Assembly: GCF_026210795.1 (NCBI RefSeq)
Contig: NC_089429.1
Coordinates: 5,146,001 to 5,210,000 of the forward strand
Source of the DNA: Rhizophagus irregularis
Lineage: Eukaryota
Length of the DNA stretch: 64,000 bases
Direction: 5' to 3'
In this document: positions 51,510-64,000 of the stretch, piece by piece
How positions within the stretch are numbered: the first letter of the stretch is position 1
Layout of the letters: each line of letters starts with the position of its first letter
Notes under the pieces: model-generated
Seen by the model: the letters and a program-made list of their open reading frames with translations, nothing else
Told to the model about the DNA's origin: nothing
Database searches by the model: none
Translations under genes and position numbers: made by a program

Positions 51510-53182
51510 CACCAACAATTTTATAATTAAAAGCTTTTGTCCTATCGAGATCACGTTGGCGATGTAATCATCACGCCAAATATGTACTCAACGCCGATAT
51601 AAGTCCTACGACAGGACCATTATGAACAAACCTTATCAAAAATCGACCGTCCTAAAAGTGTAAGAAGCAACCGTTTAGGTGTGGAATACACTATCATAAT
51701 CGAACGTCTCGATACGAAGAACAAGAAAAAAATGGACATTTACCAATGGAGACAAGTCAGACAATCCGAAACCCTTCAATTTTTATAAAGTATACAAAAA
51801 TTTTAAATTTGATATTGTTAGATCACAAGCTCAAATCTCAAGATGGAACCATATTTCTCGACTCCATTGAACGCGACCAAGAAATTCCCCCTGAACCCAA
51901 TAGTTCACTGTCCAGTACCCGAAAATCGTTTGATTTTAATAAAAATTCAACACCTTCCCCTTAAAATCTTAGCCATCATCCTCCTTTATCACCTGAGCAG
52001 AAATTGGCAAAAAAACGTGAGAAAAACCGACGTAGACGACAATTGAAAATTGCTCGTCGGAAAGAAGAAGGACGCTTACGACAACAAACAACCGTGATCG
52101 TAAGAAAGACCCGGCATACATTCAAGAGAAAAAGACTAAATACCTTGAACGACGCGCCAAACGAGAAGCTAAAGAGCTGCTCGTGAACGACAAGAAGCCG
52201 GCACAGCACGTCGCTTTGCCAATGAGCAAAACAACAGGAAGCTATATTACAACGACAAAGCGCTACGTATTCAACAAATGAATACGATACACCTCAACGC
52301 ACTCCGTCGGTTAAAGATGTCGATGAAGACCTAATGGCCGACCATACCAATGATCAGGACCTTTAACGTCGACATCAACTACTTCGTCATCAACACCACT
52401 ATACCTTCAAATACTTTTTCCACAAGTATTTTAACAACACCCGTTACTAACATCAACGTTTTAGCGATGTTTATTCCAACATGCAATCCAGGTACGAATT
52501 TCTCCTCAACAAGAAAGACGCTAAATTTCTTTCACGCAACAACGTTTTTATCAAGCGCTCTCCACCAACGAGTGAGAGCACTAATAACCGCAAACACTCA
52601 GATCCAGAGGTAGAAGGTCGGTTTCATCGTTGATCTTCGCTTTTAAGAGGACGAGTGGTTACCAGCTCCCTTCTCCCCTCCATGAATAGACCACCTTTCA
52701 TTAGGACAATACCATTGTCTTCTACCAATGGTAGACTGGTATGGCTGAGTCATTTGAAACGGTCAATGACTTGGTTCCTAGTTATTCCTGCGGCGAAGTC
52801 CACTTGGAACGTTGCCAGATGGTCCAAGAGGTCCTGTAAGATGCATCCTGGTACCCGTATGGGACATAAAGATGTCAGTGGGGGCATCTACCACCTATGG
52901 TGGTCTACCAGTTTGTATGAAGCCTTAGATACATTGCGGTCGATCTTAACCTAAGGCGTTGTAGACTGGAAGCCTAGACAACCAGTAGGTTAGGATGGTA
53001 GATATAAGGTGGTACCAGTAATATACTGGGCCACCCTATATCTCAACGAAGGGTGATCTCCTTTGAGGGGAACGCGTCTGTTAACTTTAGTTAGTTTTTC
53101 TTTACTATGTAATTTTTACCTCTAGTGGTTCTTCTACACAAAGTTAGTTCAGATCTCATCCTAATAAAATAAAATAAAAATT
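51510..53182 (+). mobile_element. GC-richer degenerate retroposon-like segment with an (AAAAT)n tail
   Basis: Composition shift; broken basic ORF remnants (SNRLGVEY, KREKNRRRRQLK); hairpin-rich 3' part; tail taataaaataaaataaaaa at 53162-53180. No RT motif seen. Confidence 0.5.
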
Positions 53183-55955
53183 TTACTCCAGCGTGACCGG
53201 TGACATTTAAAGGATGTGAAAAAAATAATTTGGGGAGGTAAAATTGCAAAAAAATCCCTCAGATAAAGAAAACTCGGTGGGCGTGATGCCGGTGATGAAT
53301 CATTTAGGTCACATGGGGTAGAAAATTTGTGGGAAGTGATGAAAACGTAAACTAGATGCAAGGTCTAATTGGTCGATAAGTATATCTGAAATGCTTAGAC
53401 ATACGCTACGCTTCGGACAATAAAAGCACGTTCATATATAAAAACAAATATTATCTACAATTCTATACTCAATATAAAACATTAGATAGGTAAAAAGAAA
53501 TACATCGTAGTGAAAAATGGCTCATATAAATTATTCCTTGTCTCTAAACTCTAGTCCTCCAACCATTCTTCTCCACTTCTCTTTCTTTGCCATTTCGCCT
53601 TCTCTTCTCTTCTCCCTTCTTGATAAATTTTGTTTTCACTTTTCTTTTGTTTCCACTCCCAGAACTTCACGCATCATTTTCGCAAATTTCTCCGCAAAGC
53701 CCTTTCCGTCCGACTACCAAATGTTGGTTTTATATAATCATCTTTATCATATTATATGATTTAGGATTACTTATTCCGTTTTCCGTACTAATGATGTGCG
53801 ATTAAATTAGATGGGTAATGTTAAAAAAAAGCTGATATGGCTTAAAATTAAGAACGAGAAAAAAAGAAGAAAAAAATATTTATACTTTGGATCATTATAC
53901 AGTTGCTGCGGACTTAACAATGGTTTCCGTTCTCTGGTGTATAACAATTTCTTTGGCTCTGTTCTTAAAATAAAAAAAAAATTATCACTATTGCTAACCT
54001 TAAAAGACTTGTTAAGAAAGCATCATTATTTTATATATATGTATCTTATTATGCTCTCACGTGTACTTACTTTTTCAAGTTTGACAAACAATCTTTTCGT
54101 ACCATTACTAATTAATTAAATTAGCACTATTCCCAAGTCTGTTACAGCATTAATCAAATTGCTCAAGTGTTTCTACTATTACTATAACTTCCCATGGTAT
54201 TTCCATGTTGATAGGCCTTAGGATTCAACATTATGAGTCGAATTTATGATTACTGTCACTAATAATCCAGGAGATTAATCTCACCCCTTGCCACAACTCT
54301 TCAGTTCTTCTTTCAAACCGGACCTATTGCCCAATACTTTCGTACTATCTTTAACTTCCTTGTTAGACAATATACTTACATAATTACATTCATTACCTTA
54401 CTGTAAATTTAAACATGGAAAAAAAAAGGAGAGGGAATTGAAGGTGGTCCCGACATTCAAAGATCAGTTAACTATCTTTTAACATCCTCAGGAACTCCTT
54501 GAGCCTTTATTGTGCAGCCTCTATCTTTAGATTCCACCTTAGACTCACCACGAACGAAAATTATTGATGTAACGCGTTTGGTGTTAACCTTCACACTCTT
54601 TAGTTTAAATACATTGTCCCACGACTTATCACATAATCGTTGCCAACTATGCAAGTCGTCGTAAGCTTATGGAGATTTACTTCCATAATGGTATTGCATC
54701 TGATAGCTTTACAAGTCATGCTTTTAAGTAAACAGTCGCTTAGTATCCGCATGAGTCGATAGTTATGATAATGAGGCTAATTATTAAAGTTCAGAGATAA
54801 TTGCAAATTTGCAATACATTTTGATTTTTGGATAGTGATTCGGAGTGAGGATACCGATGCGGAATAGACTCTTTAATAACGTCTTACAATAATTTTCCTT
54901 CCAAGTTTATAGGCAGTTAACTAATCTAGTCAGTAAAATTTCATTCATTACGTAAGTAAATATGAAACAGAATCTGTGATGACACATTTATAATTCCATT
55001 ATAATGGTGAAAATCTGATTGTATGCAAACTTTTATTGGCGAGAACATACTAGTTGGGCCGGATCAATTAAAAAGTTTTAATCAATTTTATTAGTCATGT
55101 GACTGTTAGACAACTTGTTATGGGTTTATATTTCAATTAATCAAAAATTTTGATTTTTTGATTTTTTTTCTCCGTCTTATGTTATTTTAAATAAATCTTT
55201 TATCCTTATTCCAATTTCATTAATGCTGTTTACAAAAAATAATTTTTCTTTAAATCATTTTTCAATTTTTGCCATTAAATTGCCATAATGTTGTGAAGCC
55301 TTATGTTTGAGAAGTATGAGAACCATAATAAATATGTCTGCAGTTGAATTATCGAATTTCCCATTCACACTTGGTTTTAACGATTCATACTTTACATATA
55401 TTGTTCACCATTTTTTTCACTGAAGATATGACATTTTGCTTTGAAGTTTCTTAATAATTTAAATTCCGGAAAAATTAGTATGATGTAGTAAAAGTTTTTA
55501 TCTTGCAAACTATATTGGGAATATCAAAGTTATTGCTCGAGATTATATACTCGAATTTTACTAATTAATTTTTAACATTTTGAACTTTAAGACGAAGCAG
55601 TTGAACAAAATAATAATAATAATAATAAAAATAATAATAATAAATAAAAAATTATGAATAAGTTTTTTATTTAAATATCTTTATAATAACAATAAATTTA
55701 ATAACTAATATCAACCATACCCAACTTTTCTCATGAACAGCACATGACGCATTTAGACAGGAATTAGCTTTAATTTGTTTCAGCATACGTTTTAATATTC
55801 CTCTTCGGGGTTGCAATTCCTTATAGTTTGATATTGATCAAAAGACTTATTATTTGTGATTGTGAGTTCCATAATATTTTCATGACGAGAATATAAAGAA
55901 TGGATAGGTTTGTAAAAGAACTTTTATGTTAACCAGAGCATTAGATTAGTATAAC

Positions 55956-58900
55956 CTATTCAATAATTACTATTCCTGATGCTTCTAGTAATTTAATCGC
56001 ATTGTTGTTATTTTGTAAAGCAGCCTTTCTTAACCATTTAATTCCCCTATTTTCGTCCTTTGGAATATTCAATTTTCCTTTATAATATATATCACCCAAA
56101 TTATATTGTGCAATATCATTATTTCCTTCGGCAGCTTTAGTGAGATAATCTATAAATGTGTTTATGTTATCATCTTCACTCAGAACCTTATTAAAAGTAA
56201 AAGCATAGCATAATTGAGCGTCAGAATTTCCTTTATCGGCAGCTTCTTTAAGTAATTCTCTACCCTCTTCACGTTCTTTTATACCATCATGAAGTCCTTC
56301 CCATAAATAATGACCCTTCCAAAATTTTGCTACGATATTCTCATTTGCCGCGTGATATTCAAAATAATTCCATGCTTTTTGATGGTCACCTGCCCTATAA
56401 GCTAATATACCTTCGTCTAACGCTGATAATACTAAATCATCGTCGCTTGCTTTTGATCCATCTAAATCTGACGCATTTTTATCAATTAAAGCTGACACAA
56501 AAGTATGTCTGAGGGAATCATTTAATCCATCTAGCATGTCCAATGCTTCCAAAAAAGAGATACGTTCTTGTGGGTCTTGCTTCCAAGCTAACAAAAAAAA
56601 ATTAATGATGTTTACTTACAATTATGCACTCCTTTAGTAATTATAAAAATTGAAGAAACGTGTATAATTACCGCCACTTATAATTCTTTTATAATCTTCT
56701 TGGAGTTTAGAAATTTCAGGAGTAGAATCTCCAAATTTAATTATTTCCCTACCACCTTTAATCACAAAGTCTCTAATTTCGTCTACTTTCAAACTTCTGT
56801 ACGGAATTTTCTCAAAAGCAAGTTCCCAAAGTAGAATACCAAAACTAAACATTTCACATTGTGCCGTATATCTTGACTTGAAGCCGATTAATTTTTCAGG
56901 AGCTAACCAACGCACGGCTTCATTATCTTCTTCCTTCAACGTAGTGGTGTTCCCACTATAATAACGCGCCAACTTAAAATTATAAATTTTAGGTTCTAAA
57001 CTTTCTGTCATCAAGATATTTTCACATCTAAGGTCATGATGTAAAATTTCAGCTTTTTGTAAAAATATAAGCCCACGACAAATGTTAAGAGCAATTTGAG
57101 CCTTATAATGCCATTGAATATCCTTTGTTTCGTATAGTTCTTTCAAAGTTCCACGATGTGCCCATTCAAAAACCCATATATTAATATCATCAATTTTTGA
57201 TACACCATAAAATCTAAGTATATGTTTACACTCAGATATCTTCGTTAAAATTTCAAGTTGCCTTTGCACCTTTGTATCTTCTTCGGTCGTTGAATTTGAT
57301 TTACATGCTACTTCCTGTCCATTAAGAATTCTTCTCATTACAACATTAGGATATTTTCCACGTGTGTCATTGGGCTTTCCTTGTACAGGAAGTATTAGAT
57401 CTCTTGAATCAATCTTATTTGTTTGAAAAGTTTTAGTGTCAATATGTTTCTTAATTAATTCTTCATAAAATGTGCCGCCTACCGCTTCAAGAAATTTATC
57501 AAATTCGCCAAGATCCGATAAAGCTTCATCATCATCTCTTCTTCGCTCTTCATTATCAACTATCACATCAAAATGTAAATCTTTCATTGCATTATCATAT
57601 TTTTCTGTAAGACTTATAAAATTTTCTTTAATATAAGTTGTTTTTACATATTTTTCAAGACCGCGAATTCGTGAAACATTCTCAGTAAATTTTTCTATTT
57701 CTTCTAAAACACAAATAAATTTATAAAAAGCATTATAATATAATTCATTACGTAATTCCTTTTCATTTTTTTTTTTTAACTTTAAATACCTCCATAGAAA
57801 CACGAGTTATTTCCGCTCGTTCTGCTAGAGCAAAGCAGACTTTTTTGTTACATTCTGCCTTTTCATAATTTTTTATTATTTTCGTAATTAAACTTGAAGC
57901 CTCAAGAATTAAGGGAATATATGGAATTATAGCATCACTTACAGTAGTAGTTAATTGGATATCTTTAATTAATAAAAGATTTGCTTTTCTGTACTCTTCT
58001 GCTTCTTTGAATTGTTTTTTAATTTCATAATATTGTTCTTTATTAATTGCTACATCTCCTTTAAAATCTGATTTACTATCACAACATGAATTAAATAAAT
58101 TAATCGATTCCTCTATTTCACTGACAATTGGCCTATTGTCCGGATTTGAATCCAAACACTTCCCCATTAAATCAATATAACATTTTGGTGCTTCTTTTTC
58201 ATTCATTTCTGGTTTAATTTTATCACGAGGGTAATTTCCAGTTACTATAAAATACATAATCATACCAAAGCTATATATATCTGCTGCTTGGGTATAAGGA
58301 ATTTCACTTGATACTTCAGGAGCTGTGTAATGCATAGTTCTATAAACTTTTGTATCAATATTCCCAACTTCTCCACATGATTCCATGTTTGAAATAAATA
58401 CTTTAAATTCATCCACATTGTTCGTTGAAATTAACATATTTCCTGTATGAAAATCACGGTGAACCATCTGTCTCTGATGAATTTCTTTAAGAATTTGAAT
58501 AATGCAAAATAATATGCGTATTTTATTCGACCAGTTAAAATTTTTATAATTTTTATACATCCAATCATTAAAATTTTCGCCTTCTACATTTTCAAGGACG
58601 ATAAAATAATCTTTTGTATCAGAATCTTGAGATATTCCATATATATTAATAATAAAACTAAACTTCATTTTTAAATATGCTTTAACCTAACAGAAACAAA
58701 CCATAATTAATATATTAAAAAAAATATACATAAGACTCAGAAATTTCATACCTCATTTAGGAATTCGGTATTAACTGGTATGTTATGATAATATTTCAAA
58801 GCAACTTTTTTATCGGATTTTCTTATCCATTCACGATCATAATAACATAATGGACCATCCTTCCATATTGCTGAATATATCATATCGAAATCACTTTTGC

Positions 58901-61021
58901 TTATTTCTCCTTTTTTATAAAGTTGATCATATGGTATCCATTCAAATACTATCTTACTTGGGTCATTGATTTTTAATTGAGTTTCTTGAATCAAATTATC
59001 AATTTTTTCATTTCCGCTGGTCCACTTTGTAAAATTTTCTTCAAAATATTTTATTTGACATAATCTACACCATTCATATTTCGCTTTTAAATCATTTATA
59101 TTTGGATTACCGCATTTTTCACACTCTTTGTATGGAAAAACCATCATATAATCTCCTGTATCAGGTCTTTGAGATATTCCATATATTTTAAGAATATCAT
59201 TTAAATATTTAGTTGAATATATTTTAACCTATTAAAACGTAAAAAAAAATCGTTATTAGAGTAAATTAAAAGAATATTTATGTCCATAAAGAATTTCGTA
59301 CCTCATTTAGGAATTCACTAATATTATTTTTTGAATTATGATAAGATTTTATAGCAACTTTGTTATCTGATTCTCTTTTTAAATCCTTTCTAATGGGACT
59401 ATAAATTAATGGTCCATCCTTCCATATTGCTGAATATACAGCCGCAACATCATCTTTGACTTTATTTTTGACTATTTGTTCTACGTTATAAAATTGATCG
59501 AATGGAATCCATTCAAATATTATATCGCTTAGATCGTCTATCTTTAGTTGCATTTCTTGAATAAAACCATTGATTACTTCATTCCCACTGGTCCAATTCA
59601 TAAAATCTTCCTTAAAATGATTCATTTGACATAGTTTGCACCACTTGTGCTGTGCGTCTACATATTTTCCACATTTTACACATTTTTCACAATATTCATT
59701 TTGAAGAACCATAATATAATCTTTCGTATCGGGATTTTGAGATATTCCATATATCTTAAAATTATTATCAAAATAATCGATTGAATATGTAGTAACCTAT
59801 TAAGCAAAAAAAAAAAAAAAAAAAAATATTTTTATTATAATAAGAAGAAATTATAATTTGGCATCATGAAGCCATAGTACTAGTAGATACTATGCCACAG
59901 GATTAAGACTCACACCCGTCCTTCCGTCCTTAGATATTATATTAGAGACTTAAAAGTTTTTCTTTATGTTTACACCACTCATAATATAAATGGTGACATG
60001 ATGCCAAATTATAGAATTCAAAGAAAAGAGCATAAGTTTTATACCTCGTTTAGGAAATCACTAGTCAAATTTTGTGAATTATCTAAACATTTTAAAGCGA
60101 CTTTTTTATCTAATTCTCTTGCCCAACCAACCATATATTCGTAATATAACGGACCATCTTTCCATTTTGCAAAATATACCGTAGTAAAACCGCTTTTGCT
60201 TATTTCATTAATTTCGACGAACTGATTGTATGGTATCCATTCAAACACTATAGTACGTGGATTATTAATTTTTAATTGCATTTCTTGAATGTAATTATCG
60301 ATTTCTTTATTTTCACTGAGATGGGTTGTGAAGTTTTTGTTTAAATAATTTACATGGCATGAATTACACCATTTAAATTCTATATTTGTATATAATTGCC
60401 CACATTTTTTACAACATTTTTCAAAATATTCATTATGAAGAACCATAATATAATTTTTCGTATCAAGATTTTGAGATATTCCGTATATTTTAAGAATATT
60501 ATTTAAATTATTAATAGAATATGTTTTGATCTATTAAATTTAAAAATTATTAAATTATAATTAAATCTATATAATTAAAAAAATTATCAAAAATAACTAT
60601 AAAAAGAAAAAAGATTACGTACCTCGCTTAATAATTCGTTAATATTATTTTGTGAGTTATTATGTAAACATTTTAAGGCGACCTTTTTCTCAGATATTCT
60701 CGTTAATTCTTTTTTAAAATAACTATAACTTAATGGACCATTATTCCATATCGCTGAATATACTGTAGCAATATCGCCTTTACTTATTTCTTCGATGCCA
60801 TCAAATTGATCATATGGAATCCATTCAAATACTATATCATTTGGATCATTGATTTTTGATTGAATTTCTTGAATTAAATCGTCAATTTTTTCGTTCCCGC
60901 TTGCAGAGTCTCCTAAATATTTTGTTTGACATGATTTGCACCATTCATATTCTGCATTTAGATCATTCGTATATTGTTCATCACATATTTTGCACTTTCT
61001 ATCATAGTTTTTTGAGGACAT
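55956..61021 (-). CDS. Gene D: paralog of gene B with 4 repeat modules; one frameshift in an A12 homopolymer (real or sequencing error)
   Basis: Exons 61021-60623, 60530-60045, 59796-59302, 59228-58752, 58686-56672 and 56587-55956. Same domain order as gene B. Frame break at 57766-57777. Confidence 0.8.
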
Positions 61022-61189
61022 TATGGTTTTGAAGTTTTCCAACTATAAAAAAAAAACTTCCAAAAGTCCAATTTGCAGATCGAGAGCATGATACGATTGA
61101 TACGTCCAGGTGAGTCACAAGAATTTATGCAGTTTCAGCTGCAGTTTCACAAAAAAAAAAAATTTTTTTTTTTCTTAACGAAATGTTAG

Positions 61190-62992
61190 TCAAATAATGG
61201 CGAGACATTGTTAAGTTAACAGCAACAGGACTGAGAAATAAACAGAATCAGATCAAAATTCTATCACTTGTAAAAGTTGTAGAAGTAATCAAAAACGTCA
61301 AATGACTGAGCATAATAAAGATTTCCATGAGTTACCGTTAAGTAGATTAAAAAAAAAGTTGAGTATTTATAATACCAGTTTATGAAAATTGAATAATTAA
61401 TTTGATAATATTGCTTAACTTACTGGATTTGAATTTAGAGAAACTATTTTCAAATTTTTGTAATGTAAAAAAAACGCACTAATATAATTAATGAAAGTTT
61501 TAGGGAATATTGGTGTGAAGAATGCGTACAACAACAACCATCCCCTAATAAAGGTATAGCTATGTTATATTATATTGAGAAATCGGAAAATTCATACGCG
61601 CAACTTGATCAGGAAGGATATTGCACTGACGAAGAAAGAAATGAAATTGGAAGTCGCCGGACTAGAGGATTTTTAATTTTCTCAAGTTTGATCATAATCA
61701 AGTCCGCTCAAACAGCTTAATATAAAAAAAAAAAAATTTTTGGTCTGTGATGTATGGCAAGCGGTAGTGATGGAGAGTAGAAATATCTGACGTGGTCTTT
61801 AAAAATTTGGGAGATAATAAAAAGAAAAATCAAAAATATTTTTCAAGTGAAGATTATATCAATTTACTTTGATTTAATTATTATTATTAATAAACACGTG
61901 AAAGAATTTTTCGATTAAAAGGTTCATATGTTCAGGTTAAAGGTGTTCAAAAAAAATTTAGTAACTTTAATTTTAATTATAAACTGCCATTCAATTCCTG
62001 CAAATTTTTTTTAATGGGCATGTCGATGATGAAAAGATTAAAGCTGATATCGAAGAGGTAAATTTCAACATCACCATCATTTCTTTTTAAAAATTACTTA
62101 TTATTACTCAAAATTAGGAATGGTTTAAAAGATGAAGCCATTCATTATTTGAATATAACGAATTTAATGACATTGAAGAAATCGGTAAAGGAAATGTGAT
62201 ATTGTAAATAGGGCGGTAATCAATAATAGAATTCAATTTGCGTTTAAAAGACTTATCGATAAGAGAACTTTAAAGATCGAAGAGGATGATAAAAAAAAGA
62301 TTGTAAATGAGGTAAGAAATTTATTTAAATAAATTTTAGCGTAAGGAGTGACATTATATTAAATTACAATTTTAATCTATTATAACCATTATTCTTTACT
62401 TAGTTAAATCTTGTTCGTATGGTTGTTTTCATCAAAATGTCAATAGTTTTCTTGAATCTCCATTTTTCATTCATCAATAATCTTTTAAATTACCTTCGTT
62501 GACATATTCTAATACTTTAGTATAATTCTTAATATCATCTATTCATTTAAATATAATTGATTTAATAAGGTATTAATTATAAAAAATTTCAACACAAATA
62601 AAAGGATAAGATTTGTAAACCAATAATTTATTTTTATAATACGCTGTTTAAAGTATTGTTTCTTTTTAATTGCAAACTTTGGATATATATCAGATATCTG
62701 AGTATATATTTACCATAATGTTATAATAAAATAAATCTGATATTTATAGTTTAGATGTTTTACTTTGGAAATTACAAGCGGACGTCACCAAAGTACCTTT
62801 GCATTATGTCATCACGTTGGTGATGGCCATAGAGAAAAACCTATTGAAGGGTATCAACAACTTTTATTAATAATGTTTCGTCCGAGCCAAGATCTGACAT
62901 TAATCAAGTTTTATGATGAAATTATAAGTTTAATCAACGAACAAAGGTTTCTTATACAAGTGACTGTACAGACTAAAACAATTAAGTTTTAA
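61190..62992 (+). pseudogene. Heavily decayed paralog of gene C
   Basis: Collinear remnants such as aagattaaagctgatatcgaagag|gtaaat, gaatttaatgacattgaagaaatcggtaaagg and tctgatatttatagtttag, plus WEITSGR...FALCHH. Many indels, deletions and foreign inserts. Confidence 0.85.
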
Positions 62993-63559
62993 ATAAGTTG
63001 GTCATATTAATAATTTATATATATTTACTAAATTTTTTTAAATTTTTAAATATTCAAATATTACTATTAGCGAGAGTTTGATGTATCATAAATTGACTAC
63101 ATTAATTAGTAGAAAATTTTACGGTGGGTATAGTTTATTGATTTCAAAAGTAATATTGTGATTTTGATGTATAAAAGTTCATAAAGTTTTTATCTATAAA
63201 TAAATTACACACATTTTTTTTATATTTATTATTTTCTTAATTGAATCCAATAATACCATAACGGCATAACCTGTATTTTCTTCAAAATATACTTTGTTTT
63301 GGATGATGAAGCAACATGAAACCGGTTTAATTGCTTGGAATGGAATTCTCTTTGTTGCATTTTGTTTCTTCAATCCATCTAATTAATTTTCTGTATATTT
63401 CTTATATTTATCAAACGTATTTTATATACTTTTTTAATCGGAACCGACGGTTAAGTATGAAGCTATTTATCATATACTGTTGCTATTTGGTAGAAAAAAA
63501 ATCAAACCTTGATAAATATAGATAAGATTTTAAATTTGTAAAATACTAGAAAATTACTA

Positions 63560-63756
63560 CAGTGACACCTCTCTAAGTGCACCCTCCTTGGGACCATAGT
63601 AAAAAAATAGTAGAATGTGCACTTAGAGAGGGTGTGCATTTATAGAGAGTAAAATATTAAGAGCTCTTATAAGTTGGGACCAGGCCCACCGTGCACTTAA
63701 AGAGAATTTATATAGTGCGTGCACTTATAGAGGGTGCACTTATAGAGGTGTCACTG
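63560..63756. mobile_element. Tc1/mariner (pogo-like) MITE
   Basis: TIR CAGTGACACCTCT(C/A)TAAGTGCACCCTC; TA TSD on both sides. Confidence 0.9.
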
Positions 63757-64000
63757 TACTAGTTTATATTGTAAATAATTTCTTCGTAACTTTATAGTCA
63801 ACTATTACCAAAACAATTGATTTGTTCGATTTGGTCATCTAATAAAATAACATTTAATTTTAGATAAAATTACTCACAGATCACACTAATGTTACTTTTT
63901 GGCGAACAAAATTTTTTTTATTCAGTTAACGTTAATCACGTTTTTTTCATTATAATACTGTTCGATCGTACCATTGTTAAAAATTTTTCTTAATAAAGAT

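Noticed and set aside
53500..54800. Possible mitochondrial insertion or retroelement remnant
   Set aside because: Composition differs slightly from the flanks but no recognisable motif was found; it cannot be assigned without a search.

Overview
AT-rich eukaryotic DNA with short GT-AG introns. The expanded tyrosine-kinase-like (TKL)/Sel1 genes and the TE families suggest a Glomeromycotina (Rhizophagus-like) arbuscular mycorrhizal fungus; this assignment is inference. Positions 1-40 kb are mostly nested transposons. (1) A Ty3/Gypsy pol is split by a CMC-like foldback element (itself holding a hAT MITE) and by a solo LTR, and is followed by two unexplained ORFs. (2) A truncated hAT transposase has a CACTG-ended element in one intron. 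That element carries about 20 tandem micro-exon/intron units whose splice signals sit in covarying hairpins. (3) One near-intact and one decayed MULE. (4) A 12.4-kb inverted duplication of an OTU-protease/P-like transposase surrounds a satellite-bearing TIR element. The host genes are MLKL-like: an N-terminal helical bundle plus a pseudokinase and Sel1 repeats (16.4-18.4 kb), and a head-to-head pair that occurs twice (42-49 kb and 56-63 kb). One member of the pair has Cys-rich repeats, a kinase, the bundle, a pseudokinase and Sel1 repeats. The other has three bundles and an intact kinase, and is a pseudogene in the second copy. The two best candidates for an undescribed system are the hairpin-gated micro-exon array and the divergent kinase/MLKL-like pair. 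No rRNA, tRNA or CRISPR array was recognised. All domain calls were made by eye from motifs.
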